Origin: Alphaproteobacteria bacterium | GTDB taxonomy: Bacteria; Pseudomonadota; Alphaproteobacteria; SMXQ01 | Assembly (NCBI GenBank): GCA_050485485.1 | Contig: JBJHBM010000008.1 | Span: forward strand, 3,829-67,828 | DNA: 64,000 bases | Direction: 5' to 3' | Shown: positions 17,781-27,697 of the stretch, in pieces | How positions within the stretch are numbered: the stretch's first letter is position 1 | Layout: every line of letters starts with the position of its first letter | Program-made: the position numbers and the translations under genes | Notes under the pieces: model-generated | The model's input: only the letters and a program-made list of their open reading frames with translations | Told to the model about the DNA's origin: nothing | Databases searched by the model: none

Positions 17781-19232
17781 ATGGATGCGATCGGCTTGGA
17801 CCGCGACGCGGCGGGGCACGTCTATCCCGTGCTGCTCGGCGGCGGAATGGGGACGCGGCTGTGGCCGCTGTCGCGCGAAGCCAGCCCGAAGCAGCTGCTG
17901 GCCCTGACCTCGTCCCGGACCTTGCTGCAGGAGACCGCCCGGCGTGCCCGCGACGCGCTCGGCCTCGAACGGCCCATCGTGCTGTGCGGCGCGGACCAGC
18001 GGCACCAGATCACCGAGCAGCTCGACGAGGTCGGTATCACTCCCGGGGCCATATTGTGCGAGCCCGTGGGGCGCAGCACCGCGCCCGCGCTGGCCGCGGC
18101 CGCGCTCTATCTCAAGGCGCACGACCCCCAGGCGGTCATGCTGGCCCTGCCCGCCGACCACCACATCGGCGACACCGCCGCCTTCGGCGAGGCCGCCCGC
18201 CGCGCGGTCAGGCCGGCGACACATGGCCGCCTGGTCTGCTTCGGCATCCGGCCGACGCGTGCCGAGACCGGCTACGGTTACATCCAGCGCGGCGCGCCGC
18301 TCAACGACAGCGACGGCGCGTTCGCCATCGCCCGTTTCATCGAGAAGCCCGATGCCGCGACAGCCGCCAGGCTGGCCGCCGACGATGCCTACCTCTGGAA
18401 CAGCGGCATGTTCGTCCTGCCGGCGGCGGTCTTCCTGGAAGAGCTCGGTCGCTACGAGCCGGCCGCGCTCGCGGCCTGCGAGCGGGCGCTCGTGGCGGGA
18501 CAGGAGAAGGGCGGCTACGTCCATCTCGACAGCGATGCCTTCGCGGCCGGCCCCTCGATTTCGGTGGACTACGGCGTGATGGAGCGTACCGACCGCGCCG
18601 CCGTGATGCCGGCGGATATGGACTGGAACGACGTCGGGTCGTGGTCGAACCTGCGCGACGCGGGCGAGCGCGACGCAACCGGCAACGTGATCCGCGGCGA
18701 CGTCCTCACCGAGGACGTGCGCGATTCCTATATCCATTCCGACGGGCGGCTGGTCGCCGCGATCGGGGTCGACAACCTGGTGATCGTGGAGACCGGCGAC
18801 GCCGTGCTGGTGAGCCATGCCGCGCGCGCGGCCGAAGCGGGCCGGATCGCGCGCCACCTCAAGGCGGCAGGGCGCTGCGAGGCGGAAACCCACCGACGGG
18901 TCCGGCGGCCGTGGGGCTATTACGAATCGCTCGACTGCGGGCAACGGCACCAGGTCAAGCACATCATGGTCAAGCCCGGCGCGCGCCTGAGCCTGCAGAT
19001 GCATCACCACCGCGCGGAGCACTGGATCGTGGTGGGCGGCACCGGACGCATCGAGTGCGACGGCGAGAGCCGCCTGCTGTCCGAGAACGAGCGCACCTAC
19101 ATCCCGCTCGGCGCCACGCACCGGCTCGAGAACCCGGGTAAGGTACCGCTCCATTTGATCGAGGTGCAGGTCGGCGACTACCTGGGCGAAGACGACATCG
19201 TGCGCTTCGACGACACCTATGGGCGCGCATGA
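17781..19232 (+). CDS. manC: Mannose-1-phosphate guanylyltransferase / mannose-6-phosphate isomerase (type II PMI-GMP, ManC/XanB/AlgA family)
   Basis: AAGGGGAG RBS then ATG 17781. N-terminal NTP-transferase motif VLLGGGMGTRLWPLS, central GMP domain and C-terminal cupin (HHHRAEHWIVVGGTG...G). Confidence 0.85.
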   Translation: MDAIGLDRDAAGHVYPVLLGGGMGTRLWPLSREASPKQLLALTSSRTLLQETARRARDALGLERPIVLCGADQRHQITEQLDEVGITPGAILCEPVGRSTAPALAAAALYLKAHDPQAVMLALPADHHIGDTAAFGEAARRAVRPATHGRLVCFGIRPTRAETGYGYIQRGAPLNDSDGAFAIARFIEKPDAATAARLAADDAYLWNSGMFVLPAAVFLEELGRYEPAALAACERALVAGQEKGGYVHLDSDAFAAGPSISVDYGVMERTDRAAVMPADMDWNDVGSWSNLRDAGERDATGNVIRGDVLTEDVRDSYIHSDGRLVAAIGVDNLVIVETGDAVLVSHAARAAEAGRIARHLKAAGRCEAETHRRVRRPWGYYESLDCGQRHQVKHIMVKPGARLSLQMHHHRAEHWIVVGGTGRIECDGESRLLSENERTYIPLGATHRLENPGKVPLHLIEVQVGDYLGEDDIVRFDDTYGRA

Positions 19233-19346
19233 CCTTCCATATAGCGCATGGCAGGGCCGTACCACCTTGGTCCTAGCTGACACCGCATGATCACAAGGCC
19301 GTGCCCGGCACCATTGCTAGCGTTGTGCGTATTCCAGTCCATGAGG

Positions 19347-19988
19347 AATGGCGATCCCATGACAGATACATGTTCCAGCCGCGGCCGCCCGGGCGGACGG
19401 CGGCGCTCCCGTTCCACCACCGGCGCCCTGCGCGCCGCCGCGACGCGCTTCTGCCTCGCCTTCGCCTGCGCCGCGATGCTCGCCGCCTGCGGCGGTGGCG
19501 CGGGCCCTCTCCCGCCCGCGCCCGCGCCGACCGAAACCACCTACCGGCTGGGCCCCGGCGACCAGGTCCGCATCAACGTGTTCAACGAGCCGGACCTCTC
19601 CGGCGAGTACCGCCTCGACGGCAACGGCAACCTGACGCTGCCGCTGATCGGCGTCGCGGAGGCCGGCGGGCTCACCTCGGAGGAGCTGACCCGGAGCCTC
19701 GAGAAGAAGTTCGCCGAATACCTGAAAAGCCCGAACATCAGCGTGGCGATCCTGAACTACCGGCCATTCTACATCGTGGGCGAGGTCCAGCGCCCGGGCA
19801 ACTACCCTTACGTCGATGGCATGACGGTGATCAACGCCATCGCCATCGCCGGCGGCTTCACCTATCGCGCCAACACCAGAAATTTCTATATCCAGCGCAA
19901 GGCCGAGAGCGACGAGCAGTTCGCCGCGCAGCAGCAGACGGGGGTCATGCCCGGCGACGTCGTGGTCGTGCGCGAGCGATTCTTCTAA
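19347..19988 (+). CDS. Polysaccharide export outer-membrane lipoprotein (Wza/GumB/ExoF family)
   Basis: Lipobox ...AAMLAAC|GG. Poly_export motif YRLGPGDQVRINVFNEPDLSGEYRLDGNGNLTLPLIG and SLBB domain (RPFYIVGEVQRPGNYPY). Start is either 19347 or 19359. Confidence 0.8.
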   Translation, partial: NGDPMTDTCSSRGRPGGRRRSRSTTGALRAAATRFCLAFACAAMLAACGGGAGPLPPAPAPTETTYRLGPGDQVRINVFNEPDLSGEYRLDGNGNLTLPLIGVAEAGGLTSEELTRSLEKKFAEYLKSPNISVAILNYRPFYIVGEVQRPGNYPYVDGMTVINAIAIAGGFTYRANTRNFYIQRKAESDEQFAAQQQTGVMPGDVVVVRERFF

Positions 19989-20003
19989 TTCTTCCGAGGA
20001 CGC

Positions 20004-22265
20004 ATGAGAGACCTCCGACCCGTACCGATTCAAGCACCGCCGCAGCCGCCCCAGATTTGGCCGGAGCCGGCGTTCGCCGCCTACAGCGCCCCGCAGCCCG
20101 GCCTCGAGGACGTGTTGCGCAAGATGTGGAGCCGCAAGCTCCTGATCGCCGGCATCACGCTTGCCTGCGTGGTCGCGGGCGCGGTCGCGAGCGCCGTCAT
20201 CACGCCGCGCTTCCAGGCGGAAAGCCGGGTGCTGGTGGGCGTGCAGGCGCCGCGGGTCCTCAACGTCGATTCGATCCTGAGCGGGCTCACGGCGAATTCC
20301 GAGACGCTCCAGAGCGAGGCCTACGTGGTGACCTCGCGCACCATGATGGAAACCGTCGCGCGGCGCCTCGAGCTCGACCGCACGGCGGAGTTCAACCCCG
20401 CGCTGCGCGAGCGCCGCTTCAGCCTGACGCGGGCGCTCGGCATCGACGCGGCGCTCGGCTGGGTGAGCGGGCTGGTGCGCCCGGCGGGCGCCAGGCCGCA
20501 GGCGGGCGCGGCGGGCGGCGGCGAGGTCGGCGACAGGCGCTGGGACCGCATCGTGGCCTCACTCGCGAGCCGGGTCGAGGCGGTGCCGCTCAACCGCTCG
20601 CACGTCATCAGCATCGTCGCGCAGTCGGAGAACCCGCAGCTCGCCGCGCGCATCTCTAACGCCTTCGGCGAGGTCTACCTCGAGCAGCAGATTCAGACCA
20701 AGCAGAGCGCCACCGAAAGCGCCGACCAATGGCTCCAGGAGCGCATCGCCCAGCTGCGCGAGCAGGTGAACCAGGCCGACCAGGCGGTCGAGGAGTACCG
20801 GCGCAAGCACGGACTCTACGAGACCCGCTCCGATACCGTGATCGCCCAGCAGCTCGCCGAGCTGAACCGCGAGCAGATCGCCGCCCAGAACGCACTGGTC
20901 GAGGCCGAGACGCGCTTCCGCCAGGCGCGCGCCGAGGTCGACACCGTGGCCTCGGCCGAGAGCCTGCCGGCGGTGCTGCAGTCGCCGCTGATCCAGACCC
21001 TGCGCGGCCAGCAGTCGGAGCTCGAGCAGCGCGCGGCCGAGCTGTCGTCGAACTACACCGAGCGCCACCCGCAGCGGCGCCACATCCAGGCCCAGATCGA
21101 CGAACTCGACAATAAGATCAAGGCCGAGGCGAAGCGCATCGTCGCGAGCCTCGAGCACCAGCTGCACATGGCCACCGACCGCTACCAACGGGTGCGCAAG
21201 GAGATGGCCGCGCTGCAGAACGACATGGGCGCGGCCAACCAAGAGGCGGTCACCCTGCGCCAGCTCGAGCGCGAGGCCGAGGCCAACCGCGGCATGCTGG
21301 TGGCGCTGCTGCAGCGCTCCAAGGAGACCGTCGGCCAGCACGACCTGCAGGCCCCCGACGCGCGCCTGATCTCGCGCGCCGACGTGCCGCTCTCGCCGTC
21401 CTATCCGCCGAGCACGCTGATGGTGGTGCTGGCGGGCTTCGTCGGGCTCGGGAGCGGCACACTGCTCGCGCTGCTGCTGGAAGGCGGGACCCGCACCTTC
21501 CGCACCCGCGAGGACGTCGAGACCGAGACCGGCCTGCCGGTGCTGGCGGTGGTGCCGGCCGTCTCGCGCGTGCGCCGCGGCGGCCGCGAGCAGCGCTCGC
21601 GCTACTGGGACGCGGTGCAGATGATGAACACCCGCCTGTGCCTCGAGACCGAGAGCGGCGGGCCGCCCGCGAGCGTGCTGTTCACCTCCGCGCTCGCGCG
21701 CGAGGGCAAGACCAGCCTCGGCACCGCCTACGCCAAGCTGCTCGCGCGCGAGGGCCAGCGCGTCGTGATCGTGGAGCTCGACTGGAAGCGCCCGAGCCTG
21801 CACACCGCCCTGGGCCGCCCGCAGCAGGCCGGCCTCGCCGAGTTGCTGCACGGCATCGTCACGCCCGAGGAGGCGGTCTACCGCGACCCCGAGACCGGCC
21901 TGCACGCGATCTTCGCCGGCGACGGCGACCAGATCGAGCGCAGCAACGTCTGGCTCGCGCGCCTGCGGCTGCTGCTCGGCACGCTCACGCGCCACTACGA
22001 CGTGATCATCCTCGACAGCGCCCCGGTCTCGGTGACGCCCGAGATTCTCCACGTCGCGCGGCTGGTGGAGCAGACCGTGTTCGTCGTCAAGTGGCACGAC
22101 ACGCCGCGCCGCGCGGTCGCCAACGAGCTCGCGAGCCTGCAGCGCGCCGGCGCCTCGGTCGCGGGCGTGGTCCTGTCGCGCGTCAACGCCCGCCGCTACC
22201 GCCGCTACGCCTACGAGGACCGCAACTACGCCGCGCGCCACCCCCTCGCCTACGGCACCGGCTGA
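20004..22265 (+). CDS. Polysaccharide co-polymerase / BY-family tyrosine autokinase (Wzc/ExoP/GumC-like)
   Basis: 753 aa. N-terminal Wzz domain with TM, long coiled-coil, second TM (LMVVLAGFVGLGSGTLLALLL) and C-terminal ATPase: Walker A SALAREGKTS ([AG]xxxxGK[ST]), Walker B VIILDSAP, Tyr-rich tail RRYRRYAYEDRNYAARHPLAYG. Confidence 0.85.
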   Translation: MRDLRPVPIQAPPQPPQIWPEPAFAAYSAPQPGLEDVLRKMWSRKLLIAGITLACVVAGAVASAVITPRFQAESRVLVGVQAPRVLNVDSILSGLTANSETLQSEAYVVTSRTMMETVARRLELDRTAEFNPALRERRFSLTRALGIDAALGWVSGLVRPAGARPQAGAAGGGEVGDRRWDRIVASLASRVEAVPLNRSHVISIVAQSENPQLAARISNAFGEVYLEQQIQTKQSATESADQWLQERIAQLREQVNQADQAVEEYRRKHGLYETRSDTVIAQQLAELNREQIAAQNALVEAETRFRQARAEVDTVASAESLPAVLQSPLIQTLRGQQSELEQRAAELSSNYTERHPQRRHIQAQIDELDNKIKAEAKRIVASLEHQLHMATDRYQRVRKEMAALQNDMGAANQEAVTLRQLEREAEANRGMLVALLQRSKETVGQHDLQAPDARLISRADVPLSPSYPPSTLMVVLAGFVGLGSGTLLALLLEGGTRTFRTREDVETETGLPVLAVVPAVSRVRRGGREQRSRYWDAVQMMNTRLCLETESGGPPASVLFTSALAREGKTSLGTAYAKLLAREGQRVVIVELDWKRPSLHTALGRPQQAGLAELLHGIVTPEEAVYRDPETGLHAIFAGDGDQIERSNVWLARLRLLLGTLTRHYDVIILDSAPVSVTPEILHVARLVEQTVFVVKWHDTPRRAVANELASLQRAGASVAGVVLSRVNARRYRRYAYEDRNYAARHPLAYGTG

Positions 22266-22268
22266 GCC

Positions 22269-23528
22269 GTGCCCGGTCCCACGCTCCCCTCCGCGCTGCT
22301 GCTGACACAGCATTACTGGCCGGAGCCGATCGGCTCCGCGCCCTACACGACCGACGTGGCCGAGCATCTCGCCGCCGAGGGCGCGGCGGTAGCCGTCTTC
22401 ACCTGCCGCCCCCACTACCCGGCGGGACGCGTGCCCGAGGACTACGCGGGCGGCGACCGCGACCGCGAGACGCGGCGCGGCGTCGCCATCGAGCGCGTCG
22501 CGCCGTTCCGCCCGCGCGGCAGCGGCGCGCTCGGACGCCTGGTGCGGGAGGGTGCCTTCCTGATGCGGGGCCTTGCCGCCCTCGCCGCCGGCCGCGTCCG
22601 GCGCGCCGACCTTACGGTATCGCTGTGCCCGTCGATCCTGACGGTGCTGCTCGGCGCCGCTGCCCGGCGCCGCGGCGGCCGCCACGTGGTGCTGGTCCAC
22701 GACATCCAGTCGGGCCTCGCCGCCGCGCTCGGCATGGCCGGCCGGTTCGGCCTCGGCAACGCGATAAAATGGCTCGAGCGCGTCGCGCTCGACCGCGCCG
22801 ACACGGTGCTGGTGCTGTCGTCCAACATGAAGGCCATCCTGCGCGCCCAAGGCGTGCGCGCGCCGATCGAGATCCTGCCGATCTGGGTCGACACGCATGC
22901 GATCCGCCCGCGCGAGGATACGGCGGAGCCCGCGCGCGTCACCGTCGTCTACAGCGGCAATCTCGGCCGCAAGCAGGGACTCGGCCAAGTGGTGGACATG
23001 GCGGAACGGCTGCAGCGCCGCAACCGCCACGTCGAGGTGCTGCTGCGGGGCGCCGGGAGCGAGGCGGTACGACTTGCGCGCGACGTCGCGGCGCGCGGCC
23101 TCGTCAACGTGCGCTTTGCTCCGCTGGTGGCCCCGGAGCGGTTCGCCGCGAGCCTCGCGGACGGCACCATCCATCTCGTGCCCCAGGACCCCGGTGCGGC
23201 AGATTTTGCTGTTCCTTCAAAGGCTTATGCCATCATGGCGAGCGGCCGGCCGTTCGTCGCGACGGCCCGGCCGGGCAGCCAGTTGTGGGACCTCCGGCGA
23301 CGCTCGGACGCCTTCCTGTGCGTGGCGGCGGGCGATGCCGACGCCCTCGCGGACGCCGTCGAACGGCTCGCCCTCGACCCTTCCCTGCGCGCGCGACTGG
23401 GCCGCAACGGCCGCGCCTATGCGGTCGCCCATCACGACCGGGCGCTGGTGCTCGGTCGCTTCATGAACATCGCCGGGCTCCAACCGGCGGGCAAGACATG
23501 GCAACACCAGGCATCCCGCATCTCCTGA
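22269..23528 (+). CDS. Glycosyltransferase family 4 (WcaI-like)
   Basis: 419 aa. GTG start (the track renders it as M). GT-B fold with N-terminal LLLTQHYWPEPIG and the C-terminal GT4 sugar-nucleotide-binding region. Confidence 0.8.
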   Translation: MPGPTLPSALLLTQHYWPEPIGSAPYTTDVAEHLAAEGAAVAVFTCRPHYPAGRVPEDYAGGDRDRETRRGVAIERVAPFRPRGSGALGRLVREGAFLMRGLAALAAGRVRRADLTVSLCPSILTVLLGAAARRRGGRHVVLVHDIQSGLAAALGMAGRFGLGNAIKWLERVALDRADTVLVLSSNMKAILRAQGVRAPIEILPIWVDTHAIRPREDTAEPARVTVVYSGNLGRKQGLGQVVDMAERLQRRNRHVEVLLRGAGSEAVRLARDVAARGLVNVRFAPLVAPERFAASLADGTIHLVPQDPGAADFAVPSKAYAIMASGRPFVATARPGSQLWDLRRRSDAFLCVAAGDADALADAVERLALDPSLRARLGRNGRAYAVAHHDRALVLGRFMNIAGLQPAGKTWQHQASRIS

Positions 23529-24823
23529 TCCTCGAACCCGACAGCCGAGGCCATGCGCGCGAATGGATCGGACACCTGATCCAGGGCGCGCACGCACTCG
23601 GCGCGCGCGGACCCAGGCTCACCTTCGCCGTGCCGTCCGCGCTCGCCGAGGAGATCGCCCCGCATGTCCCGTGCACCGCGCGCGGCCGCATCGGCTTCGT
23701 GGCCCTCACCCCGCGCGAGGCGTCACTGTGCCTCAGCGACAGACTCGCCGTGAGCGGCATGGCCCGGTGGTGGACCATGCGCCGCTGCCTCGACCGCGCC
23801 GGCGCCACCCACGGCCTGTTCCTCGAATTCGACCACCTGTCGCTGCCGCTCGCCCTCGGCCTCAACGGCGGCGGACGGCCACTCTCCGGAATCCTGTTCC
23901 GGCCATCGGTCCATTACGGCGAGATCGGGCCCTACCGGCCTACCGGACGCGAACGCCTGCGCGACCTGCGCAAGCAGCTCCTCTACCGCTTCGTGCTCCG
24001 CAACCCGGGAGTCGCCGCGATGCTGACGCTCGATCCCTATTTCGTGACCCATGCCCGGCGCGCCTACGCCAACGGCATCAAAGTCGCCGAGGCCCCCGAC
24101 CCCGCGTTTCCGCTACCGGAGCCGGCGGCGGGCGTCGCGGCGCCATGGGCCGACATCCCGGAGGAACGCCGGCTGCTCGTGCTGTTCGGAGAGCTGACCG
24201 AGCGCAAGGGGCTGCCGACCCTGCTCGACTCGCTGCTGCTGCTGCCCGCGGGGGACGCGGAGCGCCTTGCGGTGATCGTCGCCGGGCGCATCGACGCCCG
24301 GCTCACGCCGGAGGTCGAGGCACGGGCCGTCCGGCTCGCGCGCGAGCGTCCTCAATTGTGGCTCCGCTTCGAAAACAGGCGCCTCCCTGCCGGCGAGCTC
24401 GCCGCGCTGCTACGGCGCTGCTGTATGGTCCTAGCGCCCTACCAGCGCTTCGTCGGATCGAGCGGCATCGTCCTGTGGGCGGCCGGCGCGGAAAAGCCGG
24501 TGCTGTGCCAGGACTACGGCCTTCTCGGGCGCCTCGTGCGCGATCACGGCCTCGGGGTCGTCACCGACAGCACCGACCCTTCGGCGCTCGCCGCCTGCCT
24601 TCGGGAGATCGCGCGCGGCACCCTCCCGCCTACGCCCGATACCCGGGCGATGGGGGCGCTCTGTGCCGCGCGGACGCCCGAACGCTTCGCCCGCACCGTG
24701 TTGGAGCATGCGCTATCCGGTTGCGCGAACACCCCCCTTCCGACCCCGCCCCACGGCCAGCCGCGCAGCATTACCTCGATGCTGTGCTGCCTCGCCGCAG
24801 GTGCCCTGGACATAGTGCTTTAG
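23498..24823 (+). CDS. Glycosyltransferase (GT-B, GT4/GT1-like)
   Basis: ATG 23498 (MATPGIPHLLILEPDSRGHAREW...), overlapping the upstream GT by 31 nt. C-terminal GT-B nucleotide-binding half (LVLFGELTERKGLPTLLD...VLAPYQRFVGSSGIVLWAAGAEKPVLCQD). Embedded in the read-through ORF 21638-24823. Confidence 0.65.
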   Translation: MATPGIPHLLILEPDSRGHAREWIGHLIQGAHALGARGPRLTFAVPSALAEEIAPHVPCTARGRIGFVALTPREASLCLSDRLAVSGMARWWTMRRCLDRAGATHGLFLEFDHLSLPLALGLNGGGRPLSGILFRPSVHYGEIGPYRPTGRERLRDLRKQLLYRFVLRNPGVAAMLTLDPYFVTHARRAYANGIKVAEAPDPAFPLPEPAAGVAAPWADIPEERRLLVLFGELTERKGLPTLLDSLLLLPAGDAERLAVIVAGRIDARLTPEVEARAVRLARERPQLWLRFENRRLPAGELAALLRRCCMVLAPYQRFVGSSGIVLWAAGAEKPVLCQDYGLLGRLVRDHGLGVVTDSTDPSALAACLREIARGTLPPTPDTRAMGALCAARTPERFARTVLEHALSGCANTPLPTPPHGQPRSITSMLCCLAAGALDIVL

Positions 24824-24826
24824 AGA

Positions 24827-24880
24827 GGTCACAGGGGTCCACGGCATGGTCACAGCTGCTTTGGGCCCATCGGTGACACA
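24827..24880 (+). promoter_or_regulatory. Three spaced GTCACA/GTGACA hexamer repeats upstream of the priming phosphotransferase gene
   Basis: ggtcacagg (24827-24835), ggtcacagc (24848-24856) and ggtgacaca (24872-24880), at 21 and 24 nt centre-to-centre. They lie in the only sizeable intergenic gap (95 nt) inside the plus-strand EPS operon. Confidence 0.3.
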
Positions 24881-24917
24881 AGGGACGCTGTCCGTTCGCA
24901 CCTAGACGGAGGCCCCT

Positions 24918-26465
24918 ATGAGCCAGCTCGACCAGCGCTCGCGCGAGAATCGCGACGACCGCCATACCGGCCGAGCGGCGCGCCCGCGTCCTACGCTGGT
25001 AGCGCCGGCGCGCATGATGCCGGAGCGTATGCCTCCGGCTCCCATGTCGTGGGCACCGAGGCCCGTGTCGGCGAACGCGATCTGCGCCGTCATGGCGCTG
25101 CTCGACGTGCTGGTCCTCGTGGCGACCGCGACGGTGGCCTTTCTCGTCTGGCTGACCAACGACCCCTATTCGACGGTGACGGAGTATGCCCTCATCACCG
25201 CGCTCGGCGTCCTGCTCGCGCTCAACCTGTTCAACCTGGCACGGCTCTATGACTCCGCGCTGCTGCATCGCCCGCACCTTACGCTCAAGCGCGTCGCGAT
25301 CTGCTGGTGCGCGGTGGCGGCCGCGCTGATCGCGCTCAGCTTCTTCACCAAGACCTCGGACGACTATTCGCGCTTCTGGGCCCTCATGTGGTTCGCCTGC
25401 GCGCTCGTCGGCCTGTGCGCCGCCCGCTGGCTGGTTCTGGCGCGCACCGCGCGATGGGCCGCAGAAGGACGGCTGCGGCGCAAGGTAGCGATCGTCGGCA
25501 CGGGCGTGTTCGCGCGCCGTCTCGCGCAGCGCTTCTCCTCCGATCCGAAGAGCGGCGTGGCGGTCGTCGGTCTGTTCGCCGACCGCGAGAACCAGGGACA
25601 GGCCTGGAAGCCTCCGGCAGGATATGCCGGAGACGTGGATCAACTGATTCAGCTTGCCCGGCTCGACGCCGTGGACACCGTGATCGTCGCAGACGAGAGC
25701 GCCCCCGGCGATCGCCTCAACACGCTCTTCCTGCGGCTGCGCGAGGTCCCGGTCGACATCCGCTATTGCCCCGGCCCGATGGCGCTGGAGCTCGGCCGGT
25801 GCGAAGTGTCCCACTACGCCGGAATCGCGATGCTGAACGTGGTGGACCGGCCGCTCGCCGAATGGCGCTACGTCGTCAAGGCAATCGAGGATCGCGTGGT
25901 CGCCTCGGCCATACTCGTAATGATCGCACCCGTGTTGCTCGCCATCGCCGTACTCATCAAGCTCGACAGCAAGGGGCCGATCCTGTTCCGACAGAAGCGC
26001 TACGGCTACAACAACCAACTGGTCGAGGTCTGGAAATTTCGCACGATGTATCACGATCTCGCCGACCAGAAAGCCGAGCAGCTCACCCAGCGCAACGACC
26101 CGCGCGTCACGCGCGTGGGCGAGTTCCTCAGGCGCTGGAGCCTCGACGAATTGCCCCAATTCTTCAACGTCCTGCGCGGCGACATGTCGATCGTAGGGCC
26201 CCGCCCCCACGCCGTGTCCGCCAAAGCGGGTGGGCTTCTCTACCAGCAGGCGGTGCCCCACTACGCCGCCCGTCACCGCGTCAAGCCGGGCATCACCGGC
26301 TGGGCGCAGATCAACGGCTGGCGCGGCACCACCGATACCGTCCGGCAAATCGAGAAGCGGGTCGAGCACGACATGTACTACATCGAGAACTGGTCTCTGT
26401 GGCTCGACCTCAAGATCATCGCGCTGACCGTGACCCGGGGTTTCTCGGCACAGAACGCCTACTGA
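24918..26465 (+). CDS. Polyprenyl (undecaprenyl)-phosphate hexose-1-phosphate transferase, WbaP/WcaJ/ExoY-type priming glycosyltransferase
   Basis: GGAGG RBS. N-terminal TM helices, CoA-binding-like linker and C-terminal Bac_transf domain (PILFRQKRYGYNNQLVEVWKFRTM...DELPQFFNVLRGDMSIVGPRP...PGITGWAQING). Confidence 0.85.
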   Translation: MSQLDQRSRENRDDRHTGRAARPRPTLVAPARMMPERMPPAPMSWAPRPVSANAICAVMALLDVLVLVATATVAFLVWLTNDPYSTVTEYALITALGVLLALNLFNLARLYDSALLHRPHLTLKRVAICWCAVAAALIALSFFTKTSDDYSRFWALMWFACALVGLCAARWLVLARTARWAAEGRLRRKVAIVGTGVFARRLAQRFSSDPKSGVAVVGLFADRENQGQAWKPPAGYAGDVDQLIQLARLDAVDTVIVADESAPGDRLNTLFLRLREVPVDIRYCPGPMALELGRCEVSHYAGIAMLNVVDRPLAEWRYVVKAIEDRVVASAILVMIAPVLLAIAVLIKLDSKGPILFRQKRYGYNNQLVEVWKFRTMYHDLADQKAEQLTQRNDPRVTRVGEFLRRWSLDELPQFFNVLRGDMSIVGPRPHAVSAKAGGLLYQQAVPHYAARHRVKPGITGWAQINGWRGTTDTVRQIEKRVEHDMYYIENWSLWLDLKIIALTVTRGFSAQNAY

Positions 26466-26506
26466 ACCGGGATCGCCCGGTCCCTCCGTAGAACCGCGAG
26501 ATCGCG

Positions 26507-27697
26507 ATGCGTTACCTGTGGCTGACCTGGACCGACCCGGCCCCCGAGCACGACGGGCAGAGAATCTATTCGGGGCGCCTGATCGACGCCCTGGCCTCGG
26601 CCGGCGCCGAAGTGGATGTCCTGTGCTTCGCCAACCCCGAGTCGCCGCGCCGTCCCGGCGTCGCCGAGGGCAATATCCGGTGGTGGCCTGTACCGCGCGC
26701 GATCAACCGCGCCTTCGCAAGCGTATTCTCGCAGCTGCCCAATATCGCCTACCGTTCCTATACCCGCGACATGCTGCGCGGCCTGCGCACGCTCGCTTCG
26801 CACAAGCGATGGGACACTGTGGTTCTGGACGGTCTCTACACGGGATGGGCCCTCCCGCATCTGGGAGAGCTTTCGGGACCTTCCGGCGGCCAGCCGCGCG
26901 TGGTCTATGTCTCGCATAACCACGAGCAAAGCCTGCGCCCGGGAATTGCGCAGAACTTCCGCGGCAACCCCGTCAAGGCCGCATTCCTGCGGCGCGACGC
27001 GGGCAAGGCCGCGCGCACGGAACGCGCCATGATCGATCGCGCCCACCTGATCACGGCGATCACCGACAGCGATGCCGCCTTGTTCCGACGCGACCGTCCC
27101 GACCGCCGCGTCGTCGTGCTGACGCCGGGCTACGCCGGACGGCGGCTCCCGCGCCGCCAGATCACCGGCGACCTACCGCGCCGCGCCATGATCCTCGGCA
27201 GCTTCGACTGGATTGCAAAGCGCATGAACCTCGAGGAATTCGTCGCTCTTGCCGATCCCATCTTCGCCGCCGCCGGCGCCGAGCTTCAGGTGGTGGGCAA
27301 CAGCGACCCCGGCTATCTGGAGCGCCTCAACCGGCGCGCGCGCGCGACGCGCTTCGTCGGAGCGGTTCCCGAGATCGAGCCCTACCTCGGCCAGTCGCGC
27401 ATCGCCGTCGTGCCCGAGCGCAGTGGCGGCGGCTTCAAGCTGAAAGTGCTCGACTACGTGTTCCACCGCCTGCCCATCGCCGCGCTGGCGGGCTCGGTCT
27501 CCGGGACGCCCCTGCAGCCCACGCGCTCGATCCTTACCTTCGACAGCTTCGAGCGGCTGGCCAGCGGCGTGGTGGCGGCGCTCGACGACCTCCCCCTCCT
27601 CAATGCCCTGCAGGATCAGGCCTATGCCGCCTGCGCGGAGGAGTTCGACTGGAAGCGCCGGGGCCAGGCCTTCCTCGCGGAGACGAGCGCCGCATGA
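26507..27697 (+). CDS. Glycosyltransferase family 4
   Basis: 396 aa GT-B. C-terminal ...RIAVVPERSGGGFKLKVLDYVFHRLPIAA. Confidence 0.75.
   Translation: MRYLWLTWTDPAPEHDGQRIYSGRLIDALASAGAEVDVLCFANPESPRRPGVAEGNIRWWPVPRAINRAFASVFSQLPNIAYRSYTRDMLRGLRTLASHKRWDTVVLDGLYTGWALPHLGELSGPSGGQPRVVYVSHNHEQSLRPGIAQNFRGNPVKAAFLRRDAGKAARTERAMIDRAHLITAITDSDAALFRRDRPDRRVVVLTPGYAGRRLPRRQITGDLPRRAMILGSFDWIAKRMNLEEFVALADPIFAAAGAELQVVGNSDPGYLERLNRRARATRFVGAVPEIEPYLGQSRIAVVPERSGGGFKLKVLDYVFHRLPIAALAGSVSGTPLQPTRSILTFDSFERLASGVVAALDDLPLLNALQDQAYAACAEEFDWKRRGQAFLAETSAA

Noticed and set aside
20559-23174. 871-aa minus-strand ORF antisense to wzc and the GT4 gene
   Set aside because: It lies opposite strongly supported genes. 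Its low-complexity R/A/G/D composition is a GC-driven artefact.
21638-24823. 1061-aa plus-strand ORF
   Set aside because: This is a read-through frame. Only its last about 441 codons (from ATG 23498) form a credible glycosyltransferase. The upstream part is an alternative frame of wzc/GT4 with arginine-rich nonsense.
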